From Octopus bimaculoides (taxonomy: Eukaryota): a stretch of DNA of 58,378 bases. Positions 33,831-47,336 of the stretch are shown here, one piece after another. How positions within the stretch are numbered: position 1 is the first letter of the stretch; every line of letters starts with the position of its first letter. The notes beneath the pieces are model-generated. The model made no database searches. It was not told the origin of the DNA and worked only from the letters and a program-made list of their open reading frames with translations. The position numbers and the translations under genes were made by a program. The stretch is taken from assembly GCF_001194135.2 (NCBI RefSeq), contig NC_068988.1, forward strand, positions 65,110,111 to 65,168,488, written 5' to 3'.

Positions 33831-36114
33831 TAATACCAAAAATATATTTACATACATTTAAAAGATGGTACTTCAGCATGGCCACAGTAAAATGACAGAA
33901 AGAATAAAAGAATATATACATATATATACACACATATGTATGTGTGTATGTATGTGTCAAGTATGTATGTATGTATGTATGTATGTATAAAGTTTTGACA
34001 AACCAAGCCGACTTATGTGAATTGGAATTTGACACAAATCTTCAGAGTATTAAGAAAGTAGCAGACACATTTCTTTGTACATATGACACTAATTATTCTG
34101 TAAAATGGTTCCTCAGGTTTGTGCTGGTACTTGTTTTAGTAGCAGCAGACTGAAGAATATCAAAGATAAACTAGGTAGATTTTAAACCACTGTACAATAA
34201 ATGTTGACCAGTAAATATCAAGTGTTCTTACCAATAATGAAAATTTGATTGTGCCCTGCTTCAGAGCCAAGATCAATATCAGTTCTAGGTTGAGTGGTTA
34301 TCCTTCATCAGAGACCTGAGAGTTCAACCATAAACAAAAGCACAAAATAAGATTAGGTCCATCACTTGACAGGGACGAGAGACATCACTTCTCATACACA
34401 CTGCCATCAGGTTATGACAAGCCCTTGACAATTGTGATTATCCAGCCATCTTCACCCACTGTTCCCTAGAGGGTTACAGAGGTAGAGTCCTCAAGCACCT
34501 CTTCCATAGGATCCTCTTTTTCTTTTATATTCCCAATCCTTAATGGTTGTCTCTTCCTGGACACACTTCAGGATCCTGGGACATGCATCCTTTGTGCTTC
34601 CACCCCATATCTCCCAGTACAAGTCGCAAGCATATTGATTGTTGTACTAGCATTTGTTGGAGATTGCAATATATTTTTCAAATGGATACTTTGACCTAAG
34701 ATCCACATGACAGACAATGCAGTATGGTTGTTCTTTTGGTTCCCTTTCATATTGCAGTTTTTGGTGGTCTTTTCTCTTTTGTTGTAGTTTTAAAGTTGCT
34801 GAACTATTACTACTAAACAATAAGATCATGTGTTCAAATGTTACTGCTACCATTAGGTTGTAACTTTAGGCAAAACACAATAGTCTCCCTAGCCACAAAT
34901 ATGCCTCTCCAACAACTGATATCACTCCTAACTTCATTATGATTGGTTAGTATTATTTTGAAAGGATATCAATAGCAGAGACATTTCTACTAATTTACAA
35001 ATATGTGTAGCAATTAGAATAATATCAATCAGATTGATATGAACATGTGAAAAATTTACTAGTTCTCAGAACCCACGAGAAAGACCTAAGATACTGTCCA
35101 TTAATCAGATTGATATGCAAAATATTAATCAACTATATGTACTTTTATAGAATAACGAAAAAAAGAGTCATATCTGGTACTAAATAATTTATATTAAACA
35201 CACATACACACACACATGGCCTGTTCATGCTAAATGATACATCTCATCAGATCAATAAATATCCCAGAAATTATACATTTAAATATATACCCAAGCTTGT
35301 TGTTGTCACTTTGTTCTTTAATCTGAACATATCCAGAACATAAGGAGAATTAACTTTTGCTGAAAACATTTATTACTAGAAAAGTATAATAGAATTTGTA
35401 TCATATGAATAACATGCCCCAGAATTTTCTGTATCTAAGGACAAAAAAAAGTTGTTCAGAAAATGAAAATATCAAGTATTGTGACTTAAGTTTCATTCTA
35501 TCTCTTTGTGTATCATCACATTTTAAAATTTGTTTCTACATACCTACTATGAGGTGGACAAATAGAATCTCCACTCCTCTCAGTCTTGTATCATTTTATT
35601 TCTGATTCACACACACACATACATACAAATGTATATATCAACCAGCAAGCTGTCAAGAGAGAACACAAAGGGACTTCAAGCCCTGAGCACTCTAAAGAAA
35701 AATATATCATTAGAATTGAGATGGTTCTCAGTTGCAACTCAAAGTTCCCTATTACTGCATATCATACAATAATAATGCAAAATTCTGAGTAAGGACAGAA
35801 AGTAATCTCTGCTCATCATCATTTTTACATTCACTTTTCCTAGCGAGCACAGGTTGAACAGAAGTCCAACCCATGCAAGTATGGCAAAGTGGATGTTAAA
35901 ACGAAATGATGATGAAATGATATAAGGTCCATGAATATGAATAAACTGAAGTAGGAGATTCACGCTCTTAAATTAAATTACCAATAACAATATTCAATAT
36001 TATTGCTATGACTAAAGAAGAAAAGGTGTGACTAAGACTTAATATTAATGAGTGAGAAAGTTGTAACATAGCTCTCCCTAGTTTTGTACTCAGTATGAGC
36101 CAATTTATAAATGG

Positions 36115-36941
36115 AATTTATAACCATGCTACATGGCAGTGAAACATGGGCTGTAACTGCTGAGGACATACGTAAGCTCGCAAGGAATGAAGCCAGTATG
36201 CTCCGTTGGATGTGTAATGACAATGTGAATACCCGTCAGAGTGTAAGTATCTTGAGAGAAAAGCTGAACATTAGAAGCATCAGTTGTGGCGTGCAAGAGA
36301 GACGATTGCGCTGGTATGGACATGTGGTGAGAATGGAGGAGGATAGCTGCGTGAAAAAGTGCCACACCCTAACAGTTGAGGGAACCCGTGGAAGAGGTAG
36401 GCCCAGGAAGACCTGGGCTGAGGTGGTGAGGCANNNNNNNNNNNNNNNNNNNNNNNNNNNNNNNNNNNNNNNNNNNNNNNNNNNNNNNNNNNNNNNNNNN
36501 NNNNNNNNNNNNNNNNNNNNNNNNNNNNNNNNNNNNNNNNNNNNNNNNNNNNNNNNNNNNNNNNNNNNNNNNNNNNNNNNNNNNNNNNNNNNNNNNNNNN
36601 NNNNNNNNNNNNNNNNNNNNNNNNNNNNNNNNNNNNNNNNNNNNNNNNNNNNNNNNNNNNNNNNNNNNNNNTGCCAGTGCCCCTGGACTGGCTTGTGCGG
36701 GTGGCACATAAAAGACACCATTTCGAGCGTGGCCGTTTTCGTGCGGGTGACACGTAAAAGCACCCACTACACTCTCTGAGTGGTTGGCGTTAGGAAGGGC
36801 ATCCAGCTGTAGAAACTCTGCCAAATCAGACTGGAGCCTGGTGTAGCCATCCGGTTTCACCAGTCCTCAGTCAAATCGTCCAACCCATGCTAGCATGGAA
36901 AGCGGACGTTAAACGATGATGATGATGATGATGATGATGAT
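36115..36941 (+). mobile_element. 5'-truncated RTE family A LINE (ORF2 C-terminus, gap, 3' UTR, (GAT)n)
   Basis: MLHGSETWAVTAEDIRKLARNEASMLRWMC...RRLRWYGHVVRMEEDSCVKKCHTLTVEGTRGRGRPRKTWAEVVR. Confidence 0.92.
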
Positions 36942-37342
36942 TAAGTCCACCTCATACCTTATAAAGACTTTCCAAACATATATTTTGTATATCTAGGAAT
37001 AAGTTGGTAAAGTGTGGTTTGAAAGAAGATTTGGCTGTTATTTCTAACAGATCAGGTCAAGTACACTCAGAGAATACCTAACTGACTCACACAGAGGTGT
37101 GTTTCATGAGAAGAAGGGTTAGGTTTAGTTGAAAATGGGAGTGCAGTTCATGTGAAAAGAGTCTATTTCAAAGAAATTCATGTGAAATGGTGGCAATGAT
37201 GCAGTTCTTCATAGAAATAGGAACCATTTTTTTGATATTTTAGTATTATTGTGTTACTAAGCATTACCAAATGTCAAATTTTTCACTGACTGAGAAAAAA
37301 TGAAAAAAATATACAAGGTGGGATCACATGGTGATGGAGTAA

Positions 37343-37562
37343 CTGTTTAGTATTTAAACCAGCAATATCAGGCCCAAATATTCTATTTGTTGTATGTTCA
37401 AACCAGCCAGATCCAGCCTCTTACACTTATCCTACAATGTCATTCTAAAAATAAACAATCACAGCATTGAAATCTCAAAGCTATGAGATAATGCATGATT
37501 AATTCAAAACAAAGTGAATAAAGAAGCATTACATTTAACAGAATAACCTGAATGCTAAAGGG
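37343..37562. mobile_element. piggyBac-type MITE, second copy
   Basis: Alignable to 12436-12641. Right end AATGCTAAAGGG-TTTAA. Confidence 0.7.
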
Positions 37563-38403
37563 TTTAATATAATATGTTGGATTTAAAAGACAGAAGAGTA
37601 AAAAGTGAAGTTGTGTATATAGATAAGACTTACTGTTGATGTTTTAGCACCACCACCCATATCATCCCAGTCACATACCGCCAAGCTTAAGATATGATTC
37701 CGTAACTTTGATCATTTCAATGGTGAGCATGAATGATGTCCCAAAATTTCAAGTTCAAACATAAGTCCTCATTTCAAAGAAATTGTTAGGAAGCATCACA
37801 GCACAGACGCTAAGTTCCCAGGAATCAATATCTGTGGTGAAGGTTCTGTACATGGTAACAACACTTGGAAGACACAGATATCACAATCAACCCCCCCCCC
37901 CAACACACATTCTCTGGAGTTAATAGAGCTAATCACACTTTAATGAATATTTATGATTACAAAAGGTCAACTAATTAACTTTTTATTATATTAGCTCACA
38001 GGATATACATATCTATATATATATATATATATATATNNNNNNNNNNNNNNNNNNNNNNNNNNNNNNNNNNNNNNNNNNNNNNNNNNNNNNNNNNNNNNNN
38101 NNNNNNNNNNNNNNNNNNNNNNNNNNNNNNNNNNNNNNNNNNNNNNNNNNNNNNNNNNNNNNNNNNNNNNNNNNNNNNNNNNNNNNNNNNNNNNNNNNNN
38201 NNNNNNNNNNNNNNNNNNNNNNNNNNNNNNNNNNNNNNNNNNNNNNNNNNNNNNNNNNNNNNNNNNNNNNNNNNNNNNNNNNNNNNNNNNNNNNNNNNNN
38301 NNNNNNNNNNNNNNNNNNNNNNNNNNNNNNNNNNNNNNNNNNNNNNNNNNNNNNNNNNNNNNNNNNNNNNNNNNNNNNNNNNNNNNNNNNNNNNNNNNNN
38401 NNN

Positions 38404-38439
<36 letters not shown>

Positions 38440-39563
38440 TTTATGATAGTCTAAAGGAGTATGGCTGCTACATTAAGCATGTACAAGCTCTCTCGTTATT
38501 TAACTGCACAGACGTGAGTATGGTTAGTAAGAATCAGCCAAAGATCAAAGATTAAAATGTGAAATAAAGATGGAGAAAGAATAAAACCTTGGAGGACACT
38601 AGAGCGGTTGAGGAGGAGGACAGTAGAGAACTGTGACGTTACCAATAACGTTAAGTCGATTGATGAAGTTTTAGATGTAGACATTTAACTCCAGGTGTGT
38701 TTTACAGGAAGGAAGTTTAGCAAGAGGTTTGTGTCTATTATATAGAAAGTCGGACCAAGTCAATTGACTATATTTATGTCATCCTTACCGAAATTATGAA
38801 AACAATATTATAGATTAAGATTGTTCGTTTCCTTGTGGCATAAATTTTCCTAGTTAAGGTCAAACTATAGTATTAACTTTATTATATATTTCTTACACTA
38901 CATAAAAATACGTGTGTGAAGGCTTTTATGCCTGCGTAAAAAAAAACTATTAATATATATTTGACTACGTGTATATAAAGCATTCATTTCATACCTTTTC
39001 TTTACAAATACTTACTAGCGTGTGTCTGATAGTGAGAAAAACATCAAATGGGGGTAACGTAAAAGAAAGAAAAAAACTGCAAACACAACAAACAAATATA
39101 GTAGTTTATTTGTTGTTGCTGATCGAACTGAAGTTTCTGATATTGTTGTTACAACTTTGTTGTTATTTCGTTGTCATTGTGCAACGGCTTAAAATTTAAA
39201 CTCTCCTTGAAAAAGAAATTACATTAGAACAAACAGTATATCTGCTATATACTTGACTAAGAGTATATAGTAGATAACAGACAAGAAGGAACCTTCGTGT
39301 AGTTGTAGTAATAGTAGTGGTAGTAGTAATAGTACAAAAATTACGCGGTCAAATTAAAAAAAAAATCAGAACAAATGAGTAGGCATATTTTGTCTGAAGA
39401 AGCTAGCAGGTGCCTTTTCTGGTCTTATATATATATATATATATATATATACATACATACACGTGAGTGTGTATAAAAGTAGTAAGAAGACTTAGAGTGA
39501 TTGTGTCCACATTTCTTGTCATTGTGTACTAAATTAGAGACCAGGTGCTTCTCATTAGCATAC

Positions 39564-39711
39564 AGTCGTCGTTGGTGAAGATGTATTTCTTCTTTCCCAC
39601 TGGAAGGATCGAACGTTTCCCGTGCTGCACTTTAAGCCAAAGCATGTTTGGATTTTTACTACATGTCAGTTCAGTTTATTAACATACATTCAATGAAAGT
39701 TCGATACTGAA
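39564..39711 (-). CDS. Candidate start-codon exon of an unidentified host gene (CDS 39645-39564: MLWLKVQHGKRSILPVGKKKYIFTNDD, phase 1)
   Basis: Branch-like cttac plus cattttccag acceptor, aaacATG context, GACT|gtatgc donor. Unique CpG-containing sequence. Confidence 0.45.
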
Positions 39712-40837
39712 CTGGAAAATGATGGGTGCGGTAAGCGACGTACAATTAATACACACNNNNNNNNNNNNNNNNNNNNNNNNNNNNNNNNNNNNNNNNNNNN
39801 NNNNNNNNNNNNNNNNNNNNNNNNNNNNNNNNNNNNNNNNNNNNNNNNNNNNNNNNNNNNNNNNNNNNNNNNNNNNNNNNNNNNNNNNNNATGTGTGTGT
39901 AGAGAGAGAGAGAGAGAGAGATAAACAGAAGGACACAGAGAGAGAAGACAGGCTTGAAGAAGACAAAAGGAAATGAAGGGGAAAGTGATGCTTTCAGAAA
40001 TCGTTAAGCGGAACCTAAGTGTTTAATAGAGTGTGTTGGTGGTCAGAGATTTAAACCAGATCATCCTGAAATTATCTCATGGAACAGCGATAATTAGGAT
40101 TCCGCTAGGTAGGCTGCAATCGGACATGCAATATAAGTAGGTAGGTAGCTTTAGTAGACCCTGACTGACTCAGAGGTTCGGTTTCGCCGATAATGCCACC
40201 ACCACCTAAGCGTCATAGATGAAACTCACACCCACATAAAAACAGATTTTAGCTTACAGCTGTGTCATTCGAACACCAAAAAAACTTAGATAATATTAAA
40301 AGAGTATAGTGTTGAAGAAGAAAAATACCTTAAATCTGATCACACACGCACATAGATTCTGTAGATGTTTCAGTATGAGTAACAATAGCAACATGGTTTG
40401 ATAAATGATATAAGAAATGCTATAACAGATTATCGCTTATTTCTTAGTGAAAGCCGCCGAAATATGTTAAACACGTTCACCAAATGACTTATTTTATGAC
40501 ACCCATGGTACATTGTAAAGTTTAAACAAAATATTCTTTACGATGGGAGACGAAACAAAAAAATATATACAGACGTAAGAGATCGATGCATGATGTGAGA
40601 TACGATAAAATATCTCATGGATAAATGGTCGACATTATTAACATTACAAATACACACATATTTTATATAATATTATGTATAATATTACAAATGCTTAGTA
40701 GATGAGTATCTGAATAGATAGACGGTAAGAGTGTTTTGTAGTAGGTGACAGTGGAAACCTCCATAGACACATAAACAATGAAACAGCTCTACACGTGTGT
40801 GAAAGGTGATTAGCCATTAATTGAAGTTCGTACTTAC

Positions 40838-41460
40838 TTCGGCGTCGTGCCTCGAACCTGCTTTAACTTGCGCTTAAGTAACTTCCACATTGCTTTCTGA
40901 AATGCTTTCTTCTGCTTCTAAACCAAACCGCAGACATGTCAAAAAGTCCGGCGATGCGGTTGGCACCAGCCACCAACAATGTTGCTACTGTACAGTAGGA
41001 AGGAGTGCCCGTGCCCAGCTAACATCGTCAAGCGCCCGCACAGCCGTCGTCATTGTAAACTGACGTCGACGACGCCGTTGCTTTCGCCACCCACACCGCC
41101 ACCACCAACAACAACAAAGAACGTCAACGCGCTACCACCGTCACTGCCACCACCACCGCCGCCGCCGCTGCCTTAGTTGTTCAGCTTCATCGCCGCCGAT
41201 GCCTTTACCACCACTACCGTCACCACCACCATTATCGTCGTCGCCTGCTCTCGTTTCTCCTGCCTCACTGCATACGAGGCGACAACTATGACAACCACCT
41301 GCCCACGCCATACATACATTGATGGTAGGTGAATAAAAGGGTGGACTGCAGTGGCTTGATGGATATGATGATAGTGGTGGCTGCGATGGTCGTCAAAGTG
41401 GTTTTGACGGTGGTGGTGCTGATGGTTAAAAAATAGTGGGAGTGATAGTGATGACAACGA
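40838..41460 (-). promoter_or_regulatory. CpG/GC-rich island-like segment; candidate 5' leader exon ending at a GAA|gtaagt donor (40838)
   Basis: Visibly the most CpG-dense unique sequence in the window, with (CCA)n/(CCG)n tracts and a consensus donor on the minus strand. Confidence 0.45.
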
Positions 41461-42502
41461 TTGTTGTTTTTGTTAGCCCCAGGGCAGCCCCTAACTAAAC
41501 AGACTTATTATAATCAAAGACGTTCCGGTTATTACCATTCAGTCTTTTCGTATATCCGGGAATATATTATACAATGTGTCCTTCCTTTTTTTTCTTTACT
41601 TTCCCCATGATAATAGGGTGTGATTTCAGGGAATTTGGCTCCCATTTCTGGTACGTTGAACGACCACGAGGGCACGCTGTCTTTGATGGCAATATGTACT
41701 GGCGGCAGTTGTGATGATGAAATGTGGAGGTATTGTTGGTGTGATTAAAAAGGGAGAAAAAAAATTACAAAAACAAAAACGTGATGAAAAGTAGGGAGGG
41801 AGCTTTCTTGAACAACAATTAACAATGTACCGGCTTTGTTTTGTTTTTGTTCTTTTATTTGTTTTGTTTCGTTTTGTTATTAACCTTCCCCTCCGCTTTG
41901 TTGAGCCTGCTGTTCACAACACCAGGCCACTAAAAAGGTAACAATGACACCATCTAAAACCTGAAAGGCTTCAGCCTTTCAAAAACAGACTCAGACACAC
42001 AAACGAAAAAAAAACAAACAAAACAAATTAGAGAAGACATAGCGATGGCGACAGAGCCTTTCTACTTTTATATTTAAAGAAAAAAAAAGCGGGGAAATAG
42101 TCTCTCCATATAGAAAACCTTTCTAGAAACTCTTCAACAATGAACAGAGTGCTCAGAGGCAAAACAAATAAAAATTTATTTCTTTTCATTTGTGTTTGTT
42201 TGGTTTGGTTTCTTTCTTGTTTAATAAAACTTATTTTTCTATAAAAGTTGTTCGCACACCCAAACATAATCACATATAACTGTTTATACATGTAGCATAT
42301 ACCTTATATGGAGATGCAAAAACCCGTCGGTCAAAGAAGTACTCAATACATGTGTTGGGTAGAGAGGATATGTTTATACACAGCAAAATGCTCTACAAAG
42401 GGTCCGTCTGTTTCTTACGTCCAGAATAATCACTGGACCCATGGAATGGAAGGGCTCTCTGAGGAACCTTTTACTACTCGTAAACAGGCATACACATACG
42501 CA

Positions 42503-42540
<38 letters not shown>

Positions 42541-42765
42541 TGCGTACGTACATACATACATACATACACATACATACATACATACATNNNNNNNNNNNNN
42601 NNNNNNNNNNNNNNNNNNNNNNNNNNNNNNNNNNNNNNNNNNNNNNNNNNNNNNNNNNNNNNNNNNNNNNNNNNNNNNNNNNNNNNNNNNNNNNNNNNNN
42701 NNNNNNNNNNNNNNNNNNNNNNNNNNNNNNNNNNNNNNNNNNNNNNNNNNNNNNNNNNNNNNNNN

Positions 42766-42926
42766 GGAAGAGTACAGCAGGGTTCTCCACCATCCCCTGC
42801 TGGAGCCTCGTGGAGCTTTAGGTGTTTTCGCTTAATAAACACTCACAACGGCCGGTCTGGGAATCAAAACTGCAATCCTATGACCGCCAGTCCGCTGCCC
42901 TAACCACTGGGCCATTGCGCCTCCAC
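42766..42926 (-). mobile_element. SINE family B 5' part (rest in gap)
   Basis: Family consensus. Confidence 0.88.
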
Positions 42927-43054
42927 TCATACATACATACATACATAGAACACGATAACAAAAAAGAAAACACCTACAAACAGGGTTAACAATATTGAGA
43001 CCAGTGGGTCAAAAGAACACTGGAGGAACTTAAAAATTAAAACAGCCACCAAGT

Positions 43055-43395
43055 GAAAACAAAATGGCCAGATCTCGTATGGGACCACAAAAAAAAAGAT
43101 ATGTTCTGCTGTGGAAATCAGCTACCCCGCTGAACATAAATGCGGTTAGAAAAATATAAGAGAAAGAGGATGTCTGGGGACCATTGATAAGGAGTTTGGA
43201 TATCCAGTACTCAAGATCCATGTTGAGCTTCATATCCATTATTATTGGCGCAACAGAATATATACCAACCCATCTGGAATAAAATATGGCTGAACTTGGA
43301 ATCTTGGAGAGAAAATGCAAATCCTTAATTCATATGCTACAAATCATCATGGTATCTTGGACTATAAAAATCTGAAAGACCTTTAGACTTACAGG
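43055..43395 (+). pseudogene. Decayed RLE endonuclease domain of a third RLE-type LINE
   Basis: Across two frameshifts: PDLVWDHKKK / ICSAVEISYPA / INAVRKI*EKEDVWGPLIRSLDIQY...FISIIIGATEYIP...LQIIMVSWTIKI*KTF, i.e. the PD..E..EK..IIIGA pattern. Confidence 0.7.
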
Positions 43396-43489
43396 GTGAT
43401 GATTAAAAGAAGATACTTTCCTTCACAACCTTGCTACCAGGTCAGTGGTTGGGCAAAATTTAATCTAAATTAAAAAGAGAAAATAAAGA

Positions 43490-44505
43490 CATACATACAT
43501 ACATACATACATACATACATGCATACATGATGGTCGTCCACTCGTGACCGAGAAAGACCATTGCTGACCTTCAGGAACATTGTGCGCTCTAGGACTAACT
43601 TATATTTTGCATTTACGGCTCCGTTTGTGGCTAATGAGCCCTGCTCTTGACAAGCATATACAACTGCAAACATTGCAGACCAAGCTTTCTCCATTCACTA
43701 TACGAGCCATGAGCTTTCGCGCAGCTCGCTTAAGTTCTTCATGCTGAATACGTGCTCTCTCAAAAGTGTCGATCCCCTCCTTAACCTGCTTCCTCCATCT
43801 GTGGCGATGACAGGCATTGTTCTCCCAGTCAGAGTCCTGCATATCACAGGCCTATAATGAGGACTTGATACAGTCCTTAATTCGCAGCCTTGGTTTCTGC
43901 CGGAGTCTCCCTCCATTCACAAGTTCTCCATATAGCATCTGCTTAGGAATCCTGCTATCCTTCATTCTAATAAGGTGTCCAGTCCAACGTAACTGGCGCT
44001 TGTGCACCATTGCTTCAATACTCGAGATATCAGCTGTCCTCAGGACCAGTGTGTCTGGAATTTTTGAGGTCCAGCCAACATTGAGAATGTGTCTGAGACA
44101 TCTATGATGAAAGCGTTCAAGGACCGTTACCTGACGTTTGTACAGAGTCCATGTCTCACATGAGTAGAGGAGCGATGTCAGTAAACATGCATGGTACACA
44201 GCAACTTTTGTTTGCCTTGCGATGCCATGCTGGGACCAGACACGAGACTGAAGAGACCGGAAGGAATTAGTTGCTCTCTGCAACCTGAAAGATATTTCCT
44301 CATCCAGGGAGCAAGAATGGTTGAGTGTGCTGCTTAGGTAGACAAACTTGTCTATTACCTTCAGAATTGTTCCTTCAACCAAGATAGCTGGTTTCACATA
44401 TGGGTTTCCTGGTGCAGGCTGGAACATTACAACAGTCTTGTCCAGGCTAATGCTGAGTCCAAATGCCTTGCAAGAAGCAGAAATGCAATTCATGAGTATT
44501 TGCAA
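43490..44505 (-). mobile_element. 5'-truncated BovB-like RTE LINE (family distinct from A), (TATG)n tail
   Basis: ORF2 C-terminal about 300 codons: FGLSISLDKTVVMFQP, KFVYLSSTL, LLYSCETWTLY, RQLRWTGHLIRMKDSRIPKQMLYGEL, and terminal CNVCSCICLSRAGLISHKR. One in-frame stop at 43852-43854. Confidence 0.93.
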
Positions 44506-44870
44506 TACATAAATGTAATTATTAGGCCCTGGGATATGTAACACACTGCCTAAATATCAATCTTGAGAAATTAGGCTTCTCAAAACTAGAAAGGATAAAG
44601 CTAATTCAAAACTACAGATTCAATCCATCACTGGAACTGTAAATATTATTTAAATATACATGAGCATATCAAGATATGCAACTATATGCATGAGAATACA
44701 CACATAAAGCAAAACATACAAATCTGCACATATACATACATACAAAATGTCCTATTGATGTTGTTGAAATTCCAATGAAAGAGCCTTGGATCTAGGTTAC
44801 AAACCGACACTTTCTCTATTGGCAAGAAATCTTGAAATAAAACTGAACAATGACATACATACATACCTGA

Positions 44871-45239
44871 CCCAGTGGTTAGGGTAGCGGATTCGCGGTC
44901 GTAGGATCGCGGTTTCAATTCCCAGACCAGGCGTTGTGAGTGTTTATTGAGCGAAAACACCTAAAGCTCCACGAGGCTCCAGCAGGGGATGGTGGCGAAC
45001 CCTGCTGTACTCTTTCACCACAACTTTCTCTCACTCTTACTTCCTGTTTCTGTTGTGCCTGTAATTCAAAGGGTCAGCTTTGTCACACTGTCACGCTGAA
45101 TATCCCCGAGAACTACGTTATGGGTACACGTGTCTGTGGAGTGCTCAGCCACTTGCACGTTAATTTCACAAGCAGGCTGTTCCGTTGATCAGATCAACTG
45201 GAACCCTCGACGTCGTAAGCAACAGAATGCCAACAACAA
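44871..45239 (+). mobile_element. SINE family B (first about 12 nt missing)
   Basis: Family consensus. Confidence 0.9.
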
Positions 45240-45258
45240 TACATGACCAAGTATATGC

Positions 45259-45660
45259 TACTGAAATAGGATTAAATTAAAATTGCCACCTATGTAGATA
45301 GGTCCGTTGCCAGACTTTGGTGCCCAGAGATGTTTCAGAATATTCTGAGTGGGCATTAATTTGTAATAATGTTAAAGTGATGTTTCAAAATAAATGTATT
45401 ACTGTAAATCTGAGGGTGCACCATTGAATAATGAGGGAAAGGTGTCATCTAGTGCACTGCCATATCAAGGGCATTTATGTATCATACTAAATGTATACAT
45501 ATCCTTAGAAGGTAAGAAACTAAGGATTTTATGTGAAATAAAATTTCTTCATAGATTTGTTGTTAAAAATACAATTCCATAGCATCTTGCCGTTTAACAG
45601 TGTGTACACATTTAGTATGATACACAGATGGCAATTTTAATGTAATGCTATTTCAGTTGT
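45259..45660. repeat. Degenerate inverted-repeat (MITE-like) element
   Basis: 45259-45298 and 45478-45500 together match the reverse complement of 45601-45660. Confidence 0.45.
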
Positions 45661-45961
45661 GTTTACTGAGTTTTTTCTACAGCCTAGCAAGCTTCCACAA
45701 AACCCGTGAATGTTTAATTCACTGTTTCCTATATGTCAAAGCACAATATTATTTTTCTTCTTAAATAGGTGACAATTAGGTACACAACTTTGACAAAGCT
45801 CAAAAAAAAAAATGATACATTTCTATTGTTCTTCTAAATCATCGCTATGATGATATACATCTCATTCTGCTATTATGTTATGCTTTTGAACATAAGTCTC
45901 TGAAAATATTTTATTTCAGAATATTCTACAGTATCTTGCCTTCTAATGATGTTTATAAATT

Positions 45962-46650
45962 TATGTGGTGAGAATGGATGAGGATAGCTGCGTGAAAAAG
46001 TGCCACACCCTAACAGTTGAGGGAACCCGTGGAAGAGGTAGGCCCAGGAAGACCTGGGCTGAGGTGGTGAGGCAAGACCTACGTACATTGGGCCTCACCG
46101 AGGCGATGACTACTGACCGAGACCTTTGGAAATGTGCTGTGCGTGAGAAGACCCGGCAAGCCAAGTAAGATCGTTGCCAGTGCCCCTGGACTGGCTCTTG
46201 TGCGGGTGGCACATGAGATGCACCATTTTGAGCGTGGCCGTTGCCAGTACCGCCTGACTGGCTCCTGTAGGATTTTCGAGTGAGATCATTGCCAGTGCCC
46301 CTGGANNNNNNNNNNNNNNNNNNNNNNNNNNNNNNNNNNNNNNNNNNNNNNNNNNNNNNNNNNNNNNNNNNNNNNNNNNNNNNNNNNNNNNNNNNNNNNN
46401 NNNNNNNNNNNNNNNNNNNNNNNNNNNNNNNNNNNNNNNNNNNNNNNNNNNNNNNNNNNNNNNNNNNNNNNNNNNNNNNNNNNNNNNNNNNNNNNNNNNN
46501 NNNNNNNNNNNNNNNNNNNNNNNNNNNNNNNNNNNNNNNNNNNNNNNNNNNNNNNNNNNNNNNNNNNNNNNNNNNNNNNNNNNNNNNNNNNNNNNNNNNN
46601 NNNNNNNNNNNNNNNGCGGACGTTAAACGATGATGATGATGATGATGATA
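45962..46650 (+). mobile_element. 5'-truncated RTE family A LINE
   Basis: VRMDEDSCVKKCHTLTVEGTRGRGRPRKTWAEVVRQDLRTLGLTEAMTTDRDLWKCAVREKTRQAK*, then 3' UTR and (GAT)n. Confidence 0.92.
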
Positions 46651-46653
46651 TAT

Positions 46654-46702
<49 letters not shown>

Positions 46703-46721
46703 CACATATATATATATATAT

Positions 46722-46914
46722 TGCGTGGTAAGCAACTTGCTTCCCAACCACATGGTTCTAGGTTCTGTCCTACTGTGTGGCACCTTGGGCAAGTGTCTTC
46801 TATAGCCTTAGGCCAACCAAAGCTTTGTGAGTGGATTTGGTAAACAGAAACTGGATGAAGCCTTTGTATGTATGTATGTGTGTGTGCATGTGTGTGTGCG
46901 TGTGTGTGCATGTG

Positions 46915-46952
<38 letters not shown>

Positions 46953-47152
46953 CGTGTCCCCCACCAACACCACCACTTGACAACCAATGCTGGTGTGCTT
47001 ACATCTCCGAAATTAAGCGATTCAGCAAAAGAGACCAATAGAATAAGTACAAAACAATAATAAATACTGGAGTCAGTAAGTCTGACAAAAATTCTTCAAG
47101 GCAGTACCCCAGTATAACTGCTGTCTAAAGACTGAAACAAGTGAAAGATAAA
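46722..47152 (+). mobile_element. SINE family D
   Basis: Family consensus with an expanded (TG)n core. Confidence 0.85.
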
Positions 47153-47336
47153 AGATCAGAGGGCATCAATATTATTGTTGAAGGCGTGAAATTGCATTTA
47201 ACCCTCTGGCTGATAACTGTTGAGGATTTGGTGACCTTCTGTGTCTGTTTTTCATTTGTGCATTTATTATATGTTTTTTAGCTTACTATTTAATGGAAGA
47301 CCATGTACCCTTATTTTGCTTACAGTAAGTGTTTAT

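Noticed and set aside
34270-34860. Minus-strand CTCTGATGAAGG...CCTAGAAC hammerhead-like string and upstream short Cys-containing ORFs
   Set aside because: No GAAA and no stem I partner (AGAC) downstream. Frames are full of stops and I could not match them convincingly to a PLE or other domain.
37105-37120. GGGTTAGGTTTAG telomere-like string
   Set aside because: Only two imperfect units, not an interstitial telomeric array.
40979-41457. Pro-rich (+) and His/Val-rich (-) ORFs in the GC-rich patch
   Set aside because: Produced by (CCA)n/(CCG)n tracts, with no recognisable domain or supporting splice context. Better explained as leader or promoter sequence.
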